From Marsupella aquatica (taxonomy: Eukaryota > Plantae > Marchantiophyta): a stretch of DNA of 64,000 nucleotides. The position numbers and the translations under genes were made by a program. Of this stretch, positions 50,801 through 63,256 are shown piece by piece (position 1 is the stretch's first letter; each line of letters begins with the position of its first letter). The notes beneath the pieces are model-generated. The model was not told the origin of the DNA and searched no databases. It saw only the letters and a program-made list of their open reading frames with translations. Where the stretch lies: NCBI GenBank assembly GCA_973895155.1, contig OZ316892.1:11348238-11412237 (forward strand), given 5' to 3'.

Positions 50801-51410
50801 CTTCACTTCCCTGCGGTAATTTCCCTTTCGCCTGCAGGGTCCTTATTGATTCTCTTCGGATCCTGCCCAGTGCAATCCTATCCCACGGTAGGATCTTTGT
50901 GGCTCGCATCAGCATCAGCCACCATCGGGGTCGCTCGCTCCTCTAGTTTTTTATATGCGGGATGGTGCGAAAGTATATATCCTCATTCTTTCAACATTAC
51001 GATTGCACTTCATTCGGTCTCTATTCAATTGCCCATTGCAGCCGCGATCGACTTTCAGTTTCTTGCCTGACTCTCTGGTTTTCTTCTCGATTCTCTATTC
51101 GGAATTCTCTTCAAGTCCTTATGAATTCTGTGTTTTTCTGCCCTCGACTCTCTGATCTTGGATCCAATATCTTTTTGCTCCTTAGATTTAAAGTCGTCCT
51201 CTCGATCTCCCTATGCAACATTCATAAAAAAAAATCTCAATCCTCCTTGGTATTTTCTTCTTTCTTCTTGGCTCCGATGGCTGAGTCCTCGTGCTGATAA
51301 CGTGTGAGAATAGAATGAATCATGTATAGTCTGTGGCGTTTGGTACATGTAGTGGTGCCGGTCCGGTGACTGGTTGGTCCGGTCGTCCGATCACCAGGTA
51401 GAGTCTAACA
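44863..51410 (-). mobile_element. Full-length Ty1/Copia element #3, Bianca-like, with 108-bp LTRs
   Basis: LTRs 44863-44970 and 51303-51410 (2 mismatches). ATTTT TSD (44858-44862, 51411-51415). PPT at 44971. Atypical PBS CGTTATCAGCACGA abutting the 5' LTR. Confidence 0.95.
45297..49904 (-). pseudogene. Bianca-like gag-pol, disrupted by stops and frameshifts
   Basis: Gag MTNLEKLTFPALDI..NYLEW and STFHSSN...YSELI, CHECGMTNHLARNC, protease IDSATTHTIL, integrase IHADVCGPINP.SGPFRYFMVL, RT LYGLKQSGRVW and YVDDL, RNaseH GYADAGYLSD and KHIAPKFFYTHE. Confidence 0.92.
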
Positions 51411-51823
51411 ATTTTATTGTCTCTACAAATATGTTACAGTTTTAACTAGTGTTGAGATGACTCCAAAAGTCTTCTAGGGTGGAGAACGACCATCCCCCTT
51501 ACTTTAACGGTTGCGTCACCATATTCGTTAAATGAACGGATAGGATCACATGTCAGTCCTGAGATGGAAAACCCGTCAATCCGCTCGTTCCTCCAATATC
51601 AATCGCATGGAATTTGAACTTCTACATTTAACAGCACGGAGGGAACTGTCGACCTAACCCTAAGCTCAACCATTGATGAACCTCATCGAACTATCAGCAA
51701 TCGAAGCACGCGATTTGAATTCTAGCGATGGCGCGGAAGCTCGTGGTGATAGGCGGACACAAAGAGCAAGGTCGCGAGGCCTGAGCAGCAAGAACAATCC
51801 CGTCGAGGCGAAGTGGTGCGGCG

Positions 51824-54800
51824 ATGGCGCTCCGAGTGGCGACAGCGCCAGCTCCGGCAAAGTTCGGGGTATACGAGAATGCCAGCATCACTTCAGCGCT
51901 TGCCCGGCAAACAGTCCGACGAAAACCATGGCATTTTCCCGTCGTTTTGACGCTCTGTTGTTCTTCCGGGTTGGCCACTTGGAACCTGCAATCCAGGTGA
52001 GTTCTTGTGAATGAATGAAGGCAATCTCTGATTTTCTGATGTACTGGCCGGCTAGGATTTGATTCCAAGTTCATGATTGTGGCTGTTCTGGGAGCAATCG
52101 GCATCCCGTTGCTTGCAGCCGTGTTATGCCACGAAGCGTTTGATTCAGGATTGTGACACCTCGTCAGTACTCTGGTGGCAGTTGGTAATGTTTGTGAATG
52201 GACAATTCATGGCAAAACCACCTTTGACTTCTACCTAGCTTCTCAGGAATGCCAATATTTGGACCTGCGTTCTTCCCGCGTCTTCTCTACTCACTGGTGC
52301 CTGGATCCGAGGCATCGGAATTTCCCCAATTTTCTATGGGAGCAATGACCGCTGCATTGGAAGTCCATTCAGAGATGCACTGTACACCGCTGCCACTGAG
52401 GGCCGCCAGACAGTTCAACTCTTCTCTCACGTCATCTTGAAGCCTTGGACAAATCTTGAGAGGCTGTATAGGCTAATTGTTGCAATGTATACCGCGTGCG
52501 TTTACGGTTATTGACATTGAGCGTTTCCTTTACGGCTACATTTGGACCACGCATCGAAAGTGATCTATGTTGTTCTTTGTGGCATTTGCAGGGCCGAAGA
52601 GGTGGTTGCCATTTTATATTTGGTTGGGATTACACATAACGTTGCCGGTAAGCTCAGGGCACTGGATCAAGCATCTTGACACTTCAAGATTTCCCTACAT
52701 TATATTCAAACCGGACTGTACTTTAATCTCCAGCTCAACTGTCTGCTCTGCGCAGGTACAATGATTCAAATTGCTCAATGGTCGATGACCATTTTCTTCC
52801 TTATGACTCTATCTGCACTCTTCAAGGTTGTCAACATGCAAGCATCTCCAGACAGAAGTCTCACCTTGAGCTCCAGAGCCAAAAAGAAGAATGTAGCAAG
52901 CACAGCAAGTTCTGGCTCACCGACATTATCACCCTTCGAGCGCCAACAATCTCCTTTCGTGCCTCCGGGGTTTAGTCCGAAGAAGTGGTACGATGGAACT
53001 AATCAGAGTGAGTTCTCAGCCAGGCAGCGGCCACCCAGGGGGACCCTTCAGTCTCCTGCTCAAACATCACCGCTTTTAGTACCTGTACATCCTCAATTGT
53101 CGAAGAGTAGTAAACCTCTCATCAGTCAATGGAATGGGCGGAGTGCGTTCGCCAGCCCTGTCAGCAAGAGTCCGGGGCAAACAATGCCTGCGTCTTCGCC
53201 TGCTCCTTCTGAATCTCCATATCCTGCACCTCCTCCAGAAGCAGCTACTCCAGTTAGCCAGGGTTCGACAACCCCCAGCACTGTGCCAAGATCGAAGGAC
53301 AGAATTCGCTCTGGAAGACTAGAATTTGGCAAAGATGACATAGACAGTGAGCAGAAGCTCGCCGAATTCCTGGCGGAGGTGGATAATAAATTAGCAGAGG
53401 GGTCTGGTCGGGCTGGAGGCCTTGCAACCCCTCCGCCCACTGTACAGGGTGTTTCCAGTGGTCCCAGTCCAAGCCCTGTTGCTGTCACACCTTCCTCTGT
53501 CTCAAGTACTCCTAGAAGCGCCGTTCGGGCTCTGCTGATGTCTCCGAGTGCCCCGAAAACTGGCTCTCCGAAGAAGGGCGATGTGGAAATGCCGATACCT
53601 ATGTCTATGGAACAAGCGGCGGAAGTGCTCAAAAGACTTGGTGTGAATTCACAGATGGAACAGTGGAGAGATGCGCTTCGGCAGTGGTTCTCTGACGTTC
53701 TCTTGCATCCTCTTGTCAGGAAGCTCGACTCCAGCCATCTCCAGGTCCATTTTACCTTGCTTCATTTATACCGTTTACTGCTCTGTTTCTTTGTGTGCCT
53801 TTTAAAGAGCCAGTAGCCATGACAAAAACCTGGTTACACAGATTCACCAGTTTTAGTACTTTGTCCCGAAATTGTGGAGCAAGGTCTCACGGTAGAGGAG
53901 AGGAATGTGAAAAAGTGAGAAGTTTTGGACACTCCTTTTATATGGCCAGTGGTGGTTTAAGCGAGTTATCCATCGTGGTTACACGTAGAGTAGAATGCAG
54001 CTATGAGGACCTTTAATTGGATGGACTGAAATTTGAAACTAGTATTTCTCAAAAAATTTGTGAGTTCCGATCACTTCATGAATTCTTTCCAATATATGCA
54101 CTTCCATATCCGAAATTGACCTGGTGTAGCAGCTAGGTTCGGTTAGAGCTTCTGCTGTGGCTGATCATCTATTGTTGCGACAAGTGATTTAGAAACGGTT
54201 CACTCCTGAAATAGAAGACTGTTAACCCAGCATTTAGACTTAACAGCTGCCACTAATTGTTTCGATGACGTGCTCTTGTTTGTTTCAGACCATGGCTGCA
54301 GCTTCAAAGCTCGGACTTGTTGTTATTGTTTCCGAGATTGGAGGCAGCAAGCAGGATGGATGGTTGACACCCATCTCATCTGACGGCTCTCAACAGGAAT
54401 GGCTTACTACTATGGCCCCCGATGAAGATGCTTTCCTTCATCAACTTCGTTCCGCTCTTCTGCAAGCTCGTGACGGACCTCTACGTAAGCATGATGACTT
54501 TTTCCTAAATGCCACTAATGTCTTGCAGAACGACTTCACGAACTGAATTCGACATTTGTCTCCTTTCAGCTAGCTCTTACTTTTCGGTACGGGACACCTA
54601 GCGGTGTACATGACATTTGATTTATGTTAGGAATGGGTTTTGATCAGTACTAATTTCTCGCCTGACAGTGAAACAGGTTTTCTTGACACTAACATTGGAT
54701 CTTATCTGTTGTTACAGCTACCCAACAAACGTTATTTGGTCTCTCTCCTCCTCAAGGAAGAGTCTACAATCCTCATATTCAGGTTTGTCTTGATGCCGTG

Positions 54801-55837
54801 ACGGAGCATCAAAGACTGAAGGCTCTTATGAAGGGCGAATGGGTGAAAGGATTACTTCCGCAGATTAGCGTTCGAGCTGACTACACTGTTCAGAGAATTC
54901 GTGGTGGGTTGCTATTTAAAGTTTGTGATATATGTACGCTATTTGGGCATCCGTAGGTGTGAATTGACGATTTTTGGACTTTTTTAGCTCTATTGAAACA
55001 TAGTTATCTGTATCATCTTAATAAAGTTTATTCTTAAAATTGGGCCTTGATGTACATGGCTGCACAGATCTGGCAGAAGGCACTTGTGTGAAGGCCTATG
55101 AGTTCTGGCTGAATGGTGAGGTTTATGACAAAACCTCAAAACGATGGACCTCCGAACTACCATCAGATGCCCACTTATTGCTGTACCTCTTCTGTGCTCT
55201 GCTAGAGCATCCTCAATGGATGCTACATGTAGACCCTACTTCCTATCCCAGCACTCAGTCTAGTAACAACTCTTTATTTATCGCCGGCTTACCCCATAAA
55301 GAACGCTACCCAGAAAAGTATATTGCAATCATCTCGGGTGCCCCACCCGTACTGCACGCTGGATCGACCGTCCTAGCCATTGGAAAATCAAGCCCTCCGG
55401 TCTTTGCACTATACTGGGACAAGAAACTACAGTACTCATTTCAGGTTTGTTCTCTTTTGTCGCTGTCTGATTTTCCTGTGCAGTTTTGTGATCTTGACAC
55501 GGGCAGGGGTGTTTTGTGTGGATTGTGACTTCCAATGGTCATAGGACAGGACCCTGCTTGAGTCGCTATATGTTATATGGACTTCAGAAATTTCTTTATG
55601 GGAATTATAATTGCATTTAGAGTTCATGTTTACCGCTGGTTCTTTGATCACAGTGATGGACATCTAAAACTCGCATTTTGTCAACAGGGGCGTTCAGCTC
55701 TGTGGGATGCAGTTCTGTTGTTGTGCTACCGGGTGAAGGTGGCACATGGTGGCGTGGTTCGTGGTATCAATCTCGGATCACCTGCGTTTAATCTTCTCTC
55801 TGTCCTAGAGCCTTGCCTTGAAAGCCCTCCAAGATAA
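51824..55837 (+). CDS. TMEM209: TMEM209/PNET1-like transmembrane nucleoporin (CytochromB561_N family); 7 exons: 51824-51996, 52592-52647, 52756-53744, 54289-54484, 54718-54903, 55068-55444, 55688-55837
   Basis: All introns are GT-AG with consistent phase. N-terminus KFGVYEN.., hydrophobic segments, Ser/Pro-rich middle. Conserved plant motifs WRDALRQWFS.VLL.PL, EHQRLKALMKGEWVKGLLPQ, DYTVQRIR.LAEGTC, LPSDAHLLLYLFCA, PPVFALYWDKK, GRSALWD. Confidence 0.9.
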
Positions 55838-56752
55838 TGAACAGCTGAAGTGCAAGACTTGTTTATCTACCCATATGCGTGGCTCTGCATTCATCGGTGA
55901 GAACCCTTAGACGGCCTGTTTACAACTCTCTTATTTTGAACGACCTAGCTGTGCCTTGCACTGGAAACACAACCAGCATCCTACCGAACGATGATATTCC
56001 GTGCCCGTCCTGCTGCACTTGTTATGCTGATAGTTGCCCATGTTATCGTTTGACCTCACGAAATAGCAACTGGAAGTTTTTCGAATGGAGCAAGTGAGGC
56101 AGAGTATTCCTGGCTTGAATTCTGCGGACGCTGGGCTTCTTGAAGGCTGAAATGGAAGGGATTTCCAGTTGTTTGTGAAGGAAATGAAGGGGGAACTGGA
56201 CAGGGCTTGTCTGTCAAGAAAGAAGCAAACAAAACGACGAGTTGACTGATGGTGGTCACCTCGTTGCAATGGAGATTCCAACAGCTGTGGAAATGGGAGA
56301 GATGGCAAAAGACAACCCGAGCTATGAAAGATTAGTCCGTGGACAGCAGTTTTCCTTGCAAGGTGTGAAATGCGTCGTGTACCTCTGTAGCACAAGTACT
56401 GTATCCTGCAGCATTTGTGGACATAAATTCTCTTCCACAACGTGCATGTCCAAGACACGAGCTCGGAAAAAGGACAAATGTCCTTAACAAGGTTCCTGGG
56501 AAAAATACAATTCAAGGTTCGAGAAGAGATTTATCGTTGGCACATGTCGTTGACTAGTTCAGGTTATGTTCCTCTATAGATGAGCCGAAGTGCTAAAGTT
56601 GATTGCATGAAGTCAGTAGTATCAGTGTATGTCCTGGTGGACAAACGAGGAGGTAAGGTTGCGAAGGCTGTGGACAAGCAACCCAATTACCCAACAGGGT
56701 TCTGTAGATTTAATGTGGTCTGAACGGTTCTGTGAACTCAACGAGCCCAGTT

Positions 56753-56946
56753 GAGTGTTCCAGTTGTACTTCATTCAAATGGATCACAGTGCCAAAGAAG
56801 TCAAGGACAATGTTCACACTTCGAATCTCCTGCCTGCCGTTGATTGTCATTCTTCAGGCACAGACATAAGTAATTCAAAATAGGAACATTGTCCTTGATC
56901 TTTTTTGCACCTCCATCCATTTCAATGAAGTACAAGTGGAATACCC
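56753..56946. repeat. Inverted repeat, ~63-bp arms and ~68-nt loop (MITE relic or hairpin RNA)
   Basis: TTCCAGTTGTACTTCATTCAAATGGAT...TCAAGGACAATGTTC (to 56815) pairs with GAACATTGTCCTTGA...ATCCATTTCAATGAAGTACAAGTGGAA (from 56884). Confidence 0.8.
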
Positions 56947-57570
56947 CGAAAGTAAAGAGATTTGTAGCACTCTTCGTTTAGGATGCTAAATGAGTGCATC
57001 CACTACTGGCACACATTTGACATAAATTTCGGTCTCTCAACGCTTGAGAAGAAAGTGATGTTTGAGAAGTTATTCATACATTCTTCATGAAACTCAAAGA
57101 CGAAGCAGCAGATCACTAGCATGGAGCAAATTGTTAGCATGTGTCTGTTTCCGTGTTGTCATTAGAATTATAGTGAGCTGCAGAAGGCACTTCTCATTGA
57201 AAACTGACGGATTAGTTAGAGTCTAATGCCCAACAATAATAACGTCAACGCTGAGGAATACTGGATCGGAGGAGTTAGGAATTGTTGTAAAGACTCGAAG
57301 TTCAATTGTGAATGTAGCAAACCACAGCAGCATACACCATCTACTTCAAGCCTGATCAAATCTATATCCTTATAATATGCCACGCCGACATTTAAGTTTG
57401 GAACTTTTTAAGAGTGTGGTTGAAGACGAGCTGTTAAAAACTACTGTAAGTCGATCCACGGCCTTCGCTTCCTAATACAAACGTCCTCACAGTAGTCCTC
57501 ATTTCTCCTTTCTTTTAGATGATCTGGATCATGCTGTGAGACCAGGAGCCCGAGGGGATCGCAGAAAGCT

Positions 57571-59169
57571 ATGGCGCTCCATGTCGCGCACGGTCAAGGT
57601 ATCGTCGGAATAGAAGCTAGAGGCAGTTTGCAGCAGTCGCCACCTACAGATGAAGCCGCAGCTGCTGGCAAGGAAAGAATCCAATGCGGGAATACCTTGT
57701 TAATGAGCTCGTCTGCCTTGTTTAGGAATGCGGTTTCCAAAAGATCACGAGGAGGCGCAGCGCCATCGAATGTTGAGAGGCTGTCAGGTGGAGCCTCTGC
57801 TGCACCCGTATGCCTGTTCGATGGCCTCTTCGGTGGAAATCGGAATCGGAAGGCTCCTAGCACGGTGCCTTCTGAGCCGCAATTCAAGTACCACGATGAT
57901 GTGCCGCTGCCGTTTCCTACATCGCTGCTTTCCAACACTTTTCTTGCCGGTCTGCTCTCCCTCTGCCTCTGTAGATGAATATGATCGGCGCTTTTTTGTT
58001 GGTGGGGATACTGAGAGCAGCATTTTTCAGGCTATCTTGTCTGTGCTATTACCGGGCATATGTGCCCCAATCTTCCAGCATTGAAAGTCCCATTGTTTTC
58101 CTATTTCGATTCCCGGGGAATGGTATTTCTTTGTGCTTCACCACGTGCGGGTGGCACTAGCAAGAATAGAGAATGCACACATTTGGTACCTATCCCTTTC
58201 TAGCAAATTCTACTGACCAATTCACGTATCCAACTCCAAGCAAGGGCATGGGAGGTCAAATTCCAAAATTGGGTGCTGCCATACGAGGCTCGATCTTGTG
58301 ATGGAAATAGTTGGTCTCGCTGGACGAAGCTGAAACAATCTAACCTTGAAGGAAACATGCTGTTTAATTTACAGATTTCTAGAATGGAAGGTCTAGAGAA
58401 GGGAAACGAACAACCGGTTGTCCGGTGCATTTCTTTCAAGCTCTGTTCTTTAATTTCCAGGGACAGTAAACTGACAGCTGAGAATAGTCTCAATAGCTGT
58501 AAATTGAGAGCGGAGAAGACCTTTTCAGAAATTTCCATTGCCTACAATTTTAGGGAGAGAACGGTGCTCTCATTCTCCGAGGTCGAACTATCTGCAGGAA
58601 AGGAGCTGCGGTGCTGTTACAAGGCAACGGTGGACGGATTTGGCGCCATGACATTTCACAAGCGATGCGATTTCAAGGGACCCTGTGTAATCCTGGGAAC
58701 TACATCCAAGGGACTCCGCGTAGGAGCGTTCAACCCCGAAGGTTACAGAAGCACCGACGATTATTACGATTCCTTCGACGCCTTCCTGTTCTATTGGCCG
58801 GCGCCCTCGTCGTCGTCCAAAGATGGGGCAGCGGCAACAGAAGCATTTCCGCTGAGCAGTCCGATCGTTCTCCCCAAAGTCGGGGGGAGCGGGGCTGCTC
58901 TCTTCGATTATGCTCGAGGCGGTCCACAATTTGGCGCCGACGGTCTGCTCATTGGCGCTCCTTTGTCTCCCGTCATGGGAGGGCTTTCCGGCCCTGAGAC
59001 CGATTCTGATCAGGGGCAAGGCCAGTTGTCTGAGGCTCGCTCCAGGCTCGGTCTCTCGTACGCCAAAAGACCGGATGGTAAGGAGTCACTCTTCGGCGAC
59101 GAGAAAAGGGCCACCTTAGTGGAAATCGAGGTGTTTTGTTCCCCAGCAATTGCAAATTTGTATCAATAG
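57571..59169 (+). CDS. TLDc-domain protein, probably plastid-targeted; 2 exons (57571-57949, 58598-59169), 316 aa
   Basis: Phase-1 intron G|GTCTG...TGCAG|GA joins TFLA to GKELRCCYKATVDGF...FHKRCDFKGPCVI...GAFNPEGY...DAFLFYW...GPQFGADGL...EIEVF (TLDc signature). Transit-peptide-like N-terminus. Confidence 0.9.
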
Positions 59170-59307
59170 TTCCTCTTCCTGACAGTTTTTCTGAGATGTA
59201 ATGGCGAGAAGAGGGCCACATTGGTCGAAATCGAGGTGTTTTGTTCCCCAGCAATTGCAAATTTGTATCAATAGTTCCTCTTCCTGACAGTTTTTCTGAG
59301 ATGTAAT
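59100..59307 (+). repeat. 105-bp-period tandem duplication of the TLDc gene's last codons, stop and proximal 3' UTR
   Basis: 59100-59202 versus 59205-59307: identical over the last ~80 bp, with four substitutions near the start. Confidence 0.92.
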
Positions 59308-59993
59308 TTTATTTATGATTAAGGCTTCGGGTCCATGTTCTCGAGGCTATCTGGAGGCTCCAGATTGCACATCCTTTAGGACAGCTCACTTTGGTGGCTT
59401 GCGTTGCGAGAGCCATGACTGAATTCGAGGAAAATGAGCAGGAAGCCTGAGACTCGATGAGAGATAGCAATTGACAGCTGTGGTTCTTTTGGAGTTGCTG
59501 AGAGTGAGATTTTATACAGTCCCTCAAATGTCCCACTCTCTCGTCCGAAATCTCCCGATTTAGTTAAGCAATTTGGAGAGATGCTGCGCATGACATTTAT
59601 TCATCTGGGAGTGGAACGAGGAGCTGAGGCGAGCAAAGGAGACGAGGCATGGAGCTTTTCCCTATAAGTTTTTAATGAGTTTTCTTCAAAGTGTTTTGAG
59701 ATTGAGAGAGAGGCAGGCAAGAAGATTGATATCTCTATCCAACCTCTCTGAATTCATTTTTGGTCCCTAGGAGACCGCAAATACCTTACAAATATCACTG
59801 CCCTGTCCATATTAGCACTATTGAGGCTAGTTTGATTGTAGTTTGCAATGTGTGCTCCTAAACAGAGGAGCACCACTATGGGCTGCCCACATTGTCTATG
59901 TTAGGCAACCTTAATGCACTTCGTGATTTTTCCCATAATGCCCCGGTCAAGATCTGCATCACATCTTTAGGAAGAAAAATAAAAGCAACGAAA

Positions 59994-60247
59994 GAAAATC
60001 TCTCAGGCCTGAGATCCTTTATTTGTTTCTTCTCCAATTGGCAAGGGAATTTATTGGAAGGTATGGGACTGAATTTGCTCCCGATGCAAGTCTTGTTTCG
60101 AGCACAATGAACATTTTTTTTCTGAAAATCTCAGGCCTGAGATTCTTTCTTTGTTTCTTCTCCAATGGCAAGGGAAGTTATTGGAAGGTATGCTACTGAA
60201 TTTGCTCTCGATGCAAGTCTTGTTTCGAGCACACTGAACATTTTTTC
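59994..60247. repeat. Tandem duplication, period ~130 bp
   Basis: GAAAATCTC..AGGCCTGAGAT...GATGCAAGTCTTGTTTCGAGCACA.TGAACATTTTTT occurs twice. Confidence 0.88.
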
Positions 60248-60982
60248 TTGACCTGTTGCAAAGTGATAGACAGGTGCAGCGATATTACATTAGCCATGCA
60301 AACGCACAAGAGGGAACCCCAAACCACTGATTCTTTTGATGGAAATGTGTAACGCCTCCGCTTACTCTCACTTCCTTCAGAAACTACCTGGATGGATGGT
60401 CCTACGGCATACCAAAGCGCTTCTGAATTCCATGCTGGATATTTGCAACTCTTGTAAGAAATGCAAACAACTCCGGATTGCTCTTGAGCAATTGGGAGGT
60501 GTTCTTAAACCATGTGAGAAGACTGAAAGTCCAATTTCACTTCTCTAATGATAATCATGGCTAAGGCTGCTGGTAAGAATGTGCAAGAGTGGCCCCCTCA
60601 GAGTCTGACTCAAGGCAACAAGGACACTTGGACCTTTTGCTTAGGAGTAGGAATTGTATCAGTATTAACCAGAACAAGTATGATAGGATAGCAGAGAGAG
60701 TCAGAGTGACAGTCTTATCTGGACTTCAGTAATTACAGTACTGGAAACAGTACTCGTAGTCAAGAAAAGATTTTGTGTCACTGGGATCTGCTGATGGCCA
60801 CCCTTTGGTGGTTATTTCTGACCTTTTGGCCTGAGTAGTGGCCCCCACAAAGCTCGTGCTTAAACTCTCATTTTGAGGGCATTATATTTAGTAATGCCCT
60901 CTAAATAGGCCTTTACCATATATATGATGAATTAAAAGGGCAACCAAGTAGTAATGCCCTCTAAACAGGACTTTATTGTATA

Positions 60983-62808
60983 CTAGCTGAGTACCCGTGC
61001 ATTGCACAAAGATGATGTGTCGGCCAAGATGTCATGTCGGCCAAGATTTGGTTGAGAAAAAAGATGTCCTGTCAGCCAAGAGGTTGTTGAGAAAAAAATG
61101 TTGGGTTGGCCAAAAGGTCTTTGAGAAAAATATGTCATGTCGGGCAAGATGTCGTTAAGAAAAAAATTGTCATGTCGGCCAAGATATCGTTGAGAAAAAA
61201 GATGTCATGGCAGCAAAGACGTCGTTAAGGGAAAAGATGTCGTGTCGGCCAAGTCATCGTTGAGGGAAAATACCCGTGCGTTGCACAAAATATGTCATTA
61301 AGAGAAAATATGTTGTGTTACCCAAGATGTTGTTATGTGAAAGATGTTATGAAGTAAAAAGATGTAGTTAAGAAAAAAGAAGTCATTAGGTGAAAGATGT
61401 TGTTAAGTAAAAGGTGTCATTTTGCCAAAGTTATCGTGAAATAAAAGACGTTATAAGAAAAAAGGTGTCGTTCCACCCAAGCTGTTGTTATGTGAAAGAT
61501 GTTGTGAAGTAAAAAGTCAAGGAGAGAAAGAGCGAGTCAACTAAGAGTCAGGGATGTCACAGCTCAATGCTGTCATCACGGCATGCATCCAAGGGGTGGC
61601 ATGGTTTTTTTGGTCCTATTCCTTTGTCGTTGTCTTTTTCTTGTTTTGTTTTATTTTTTTACCCAAAATGCCCCTGCATTTGAATGACGACCACTCTATA
61701 AATTGGCGCAAAGTTATATTATTGATTTCAGGTCTAGGGTTTTACGGTTTACAGTTTAGCAAAGATGACAATTTTGTCGCTATCCTTTCAATCCCCATGC
61801 GTTGCAGAAAAGATGTTGTTTGATTAAAGATGTTTAGAAATAGATGGTGGTGCAAAGATACCGTTGAATAAATAAATAACATAGCTAAAATATATTACTG
61901 CACAAAAACTTTTGTTCAGTGAAAGATATCATTGTGCAAAATACTGGCTATGGCAGCCACAAAAGTTCCCTTTTCTTTTTTTCTTTTTTCTCCTTGCACA
62001 AAAAAATTCTTGAATATAGCGTGCCATTGCACAAAAGACTGGCTATGACAACCACAAAAGTATAACAAAATGAGAGGTGCTTTTTTCCTATTTTTTTCCT
62101 TTTTAACCTTTTTCCTCTTCTGTTCCTTTTAAACCTTAACCTCCCCCTTTTCCCCATTTCCCCATTTTTGGTCTTCTCTTTTTCTCACTCACCATCACTC
62201 CACTCGCTCAACTTCCCCCTCCCCACCCATGCGAGACTGGAGCCCTTTGAGGGGCTGCCATACATTGCAAATGTGCCCCTCGCCCGACACCCTGCCATCA
62301 ATAACGCCCGTGCCATGCACTTCACTATGTCTTCGGGCCTTATTACTTTTGTTTTTTGGCATTGAAAATAACTGTAAAAATTACTAGAAATATTGGGAGA
62401 ACAGTTTTTTATTGATTAGTGTATGCAATGCTTTTAGTGACTAAAGTATTATTAGCAATTCAACTCCTCTTACCAGTATTATACAAAACTTATTTGTATA
62501 CTTACAATACTTAGTTGCATGTGATTATGTACAATCCTTCTTTGCATGAATCATGGAATGAGTATCCTCCTTGATCCTCGTGCATTGATCCTAGTGCATT
62601 GTGATAAAGTCTTTCACTATTTTTGTGTTTTGTGTGATTATTTCTTGCTTGTCTTGGACAATGGTGCAACTTTTTGTGAGTCACACTAAACTCAATTCAC
62701 ACTTTGGCTTTATAACTTATCTTTGACCAGATTTTTAAATTTTTTTCCCTACAAATTTGAATGACAAACACTCTAAAAAGTGGCGCAACTGTGTATTATA
62801 GGAGTTAA
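60983..62808 (-). mobile_element. Non-autonomous Helitron C (same family as A and B)
   Basis: Minus-strand 3' hairpin GTGCAATGCAC plus CTAG|T at 60983, inner hairpin at ~61275. 5' end A|TTAACTCCTATAATAC at 62808 (TC changed to TT), inner 5'-like motif at ~61680-61727. Joined flanks restore a second copy of the ~60-bp unit at 60889-60948. Confidence 0.85.
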
Positions 62809-62875
62809 TATAATGAATTAAAAGGGCAACCAAAAGTGACATGCGACAACCATAATGGATTGTAAGGTCATGCAG

Positions 62876-63057
62876 AAATCCAAATTGATGAGACCATAGT
62901 AATTAGGTCTTCCTGATTTTGGCACCACAGGTTATCACGAAGATTGGCATATAGCAATTATGTTGCAAAAATCCAAATTGATGAGACCATAGTGATTAGG
63001 TCTTCCTGATTTTGGCACCACAGGTCATCACTAAGATTGGCATAAAGCAATTATGTT
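62876..63057. repeat. Tandem duplication, period ~93 bp
   Basis: AAATCCAAATTGATGAGACCATAGT...GCAATTATGTT occurs twice. Confidence 0.88.
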
Positions 63058-63256
63058 AACGCACCACTATCACTCATCAAGCCTGGTAATACCAAGTTAC
63101 TTGTGAATAGTCAAAAATCTATTTATGAAGGTGAAAATTTGAGTAACTCTGGGCTACTATGTGTTTTCAGTGAAACTAAGACAACCATTCTCAAGAAATG
63201 CATATTCATAGTGGCAAAAGTGATTCTAACCCTTCAACAGCTGCAAAGTCTGAAAT

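Noticed and set aside
50357-51070. 237-aa antisense ORF in the Bianca-like leader (env-like or extra gene?)
   Set aside because: No ATG start. The Leu/Ser/Phe bias is explained by pyrimidine-rich, stop-poor composition, and there is no motif.
51288-51302. Possible tRNA gene
   Set aside because: Only a ~14-nt anticodon-arm match with no cloverleaf. It is a primer-binding site.
51673-52014. 113-aa ORF as first exon of TMEM209
   Set aside because: Wrong frame. The frame starting at ATG 51824 has the conserved KFGVYEN motif and the right phase for exon 2.
55931-56515. 194-aa minus-strand ORF and overlapping short ORFs
   Set aside because: No recognisable domain or gene structure. A decayed fragment cannot be excluded.
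58273-58597. N-terminal extension of the 298-aa ORF
   Set aside because: Open intron sequence upstream of the TGCAG acceptor at 58597.
60240-60830. Coding-like composition
   Set aside because: Many stops in all frames and no family recognised.
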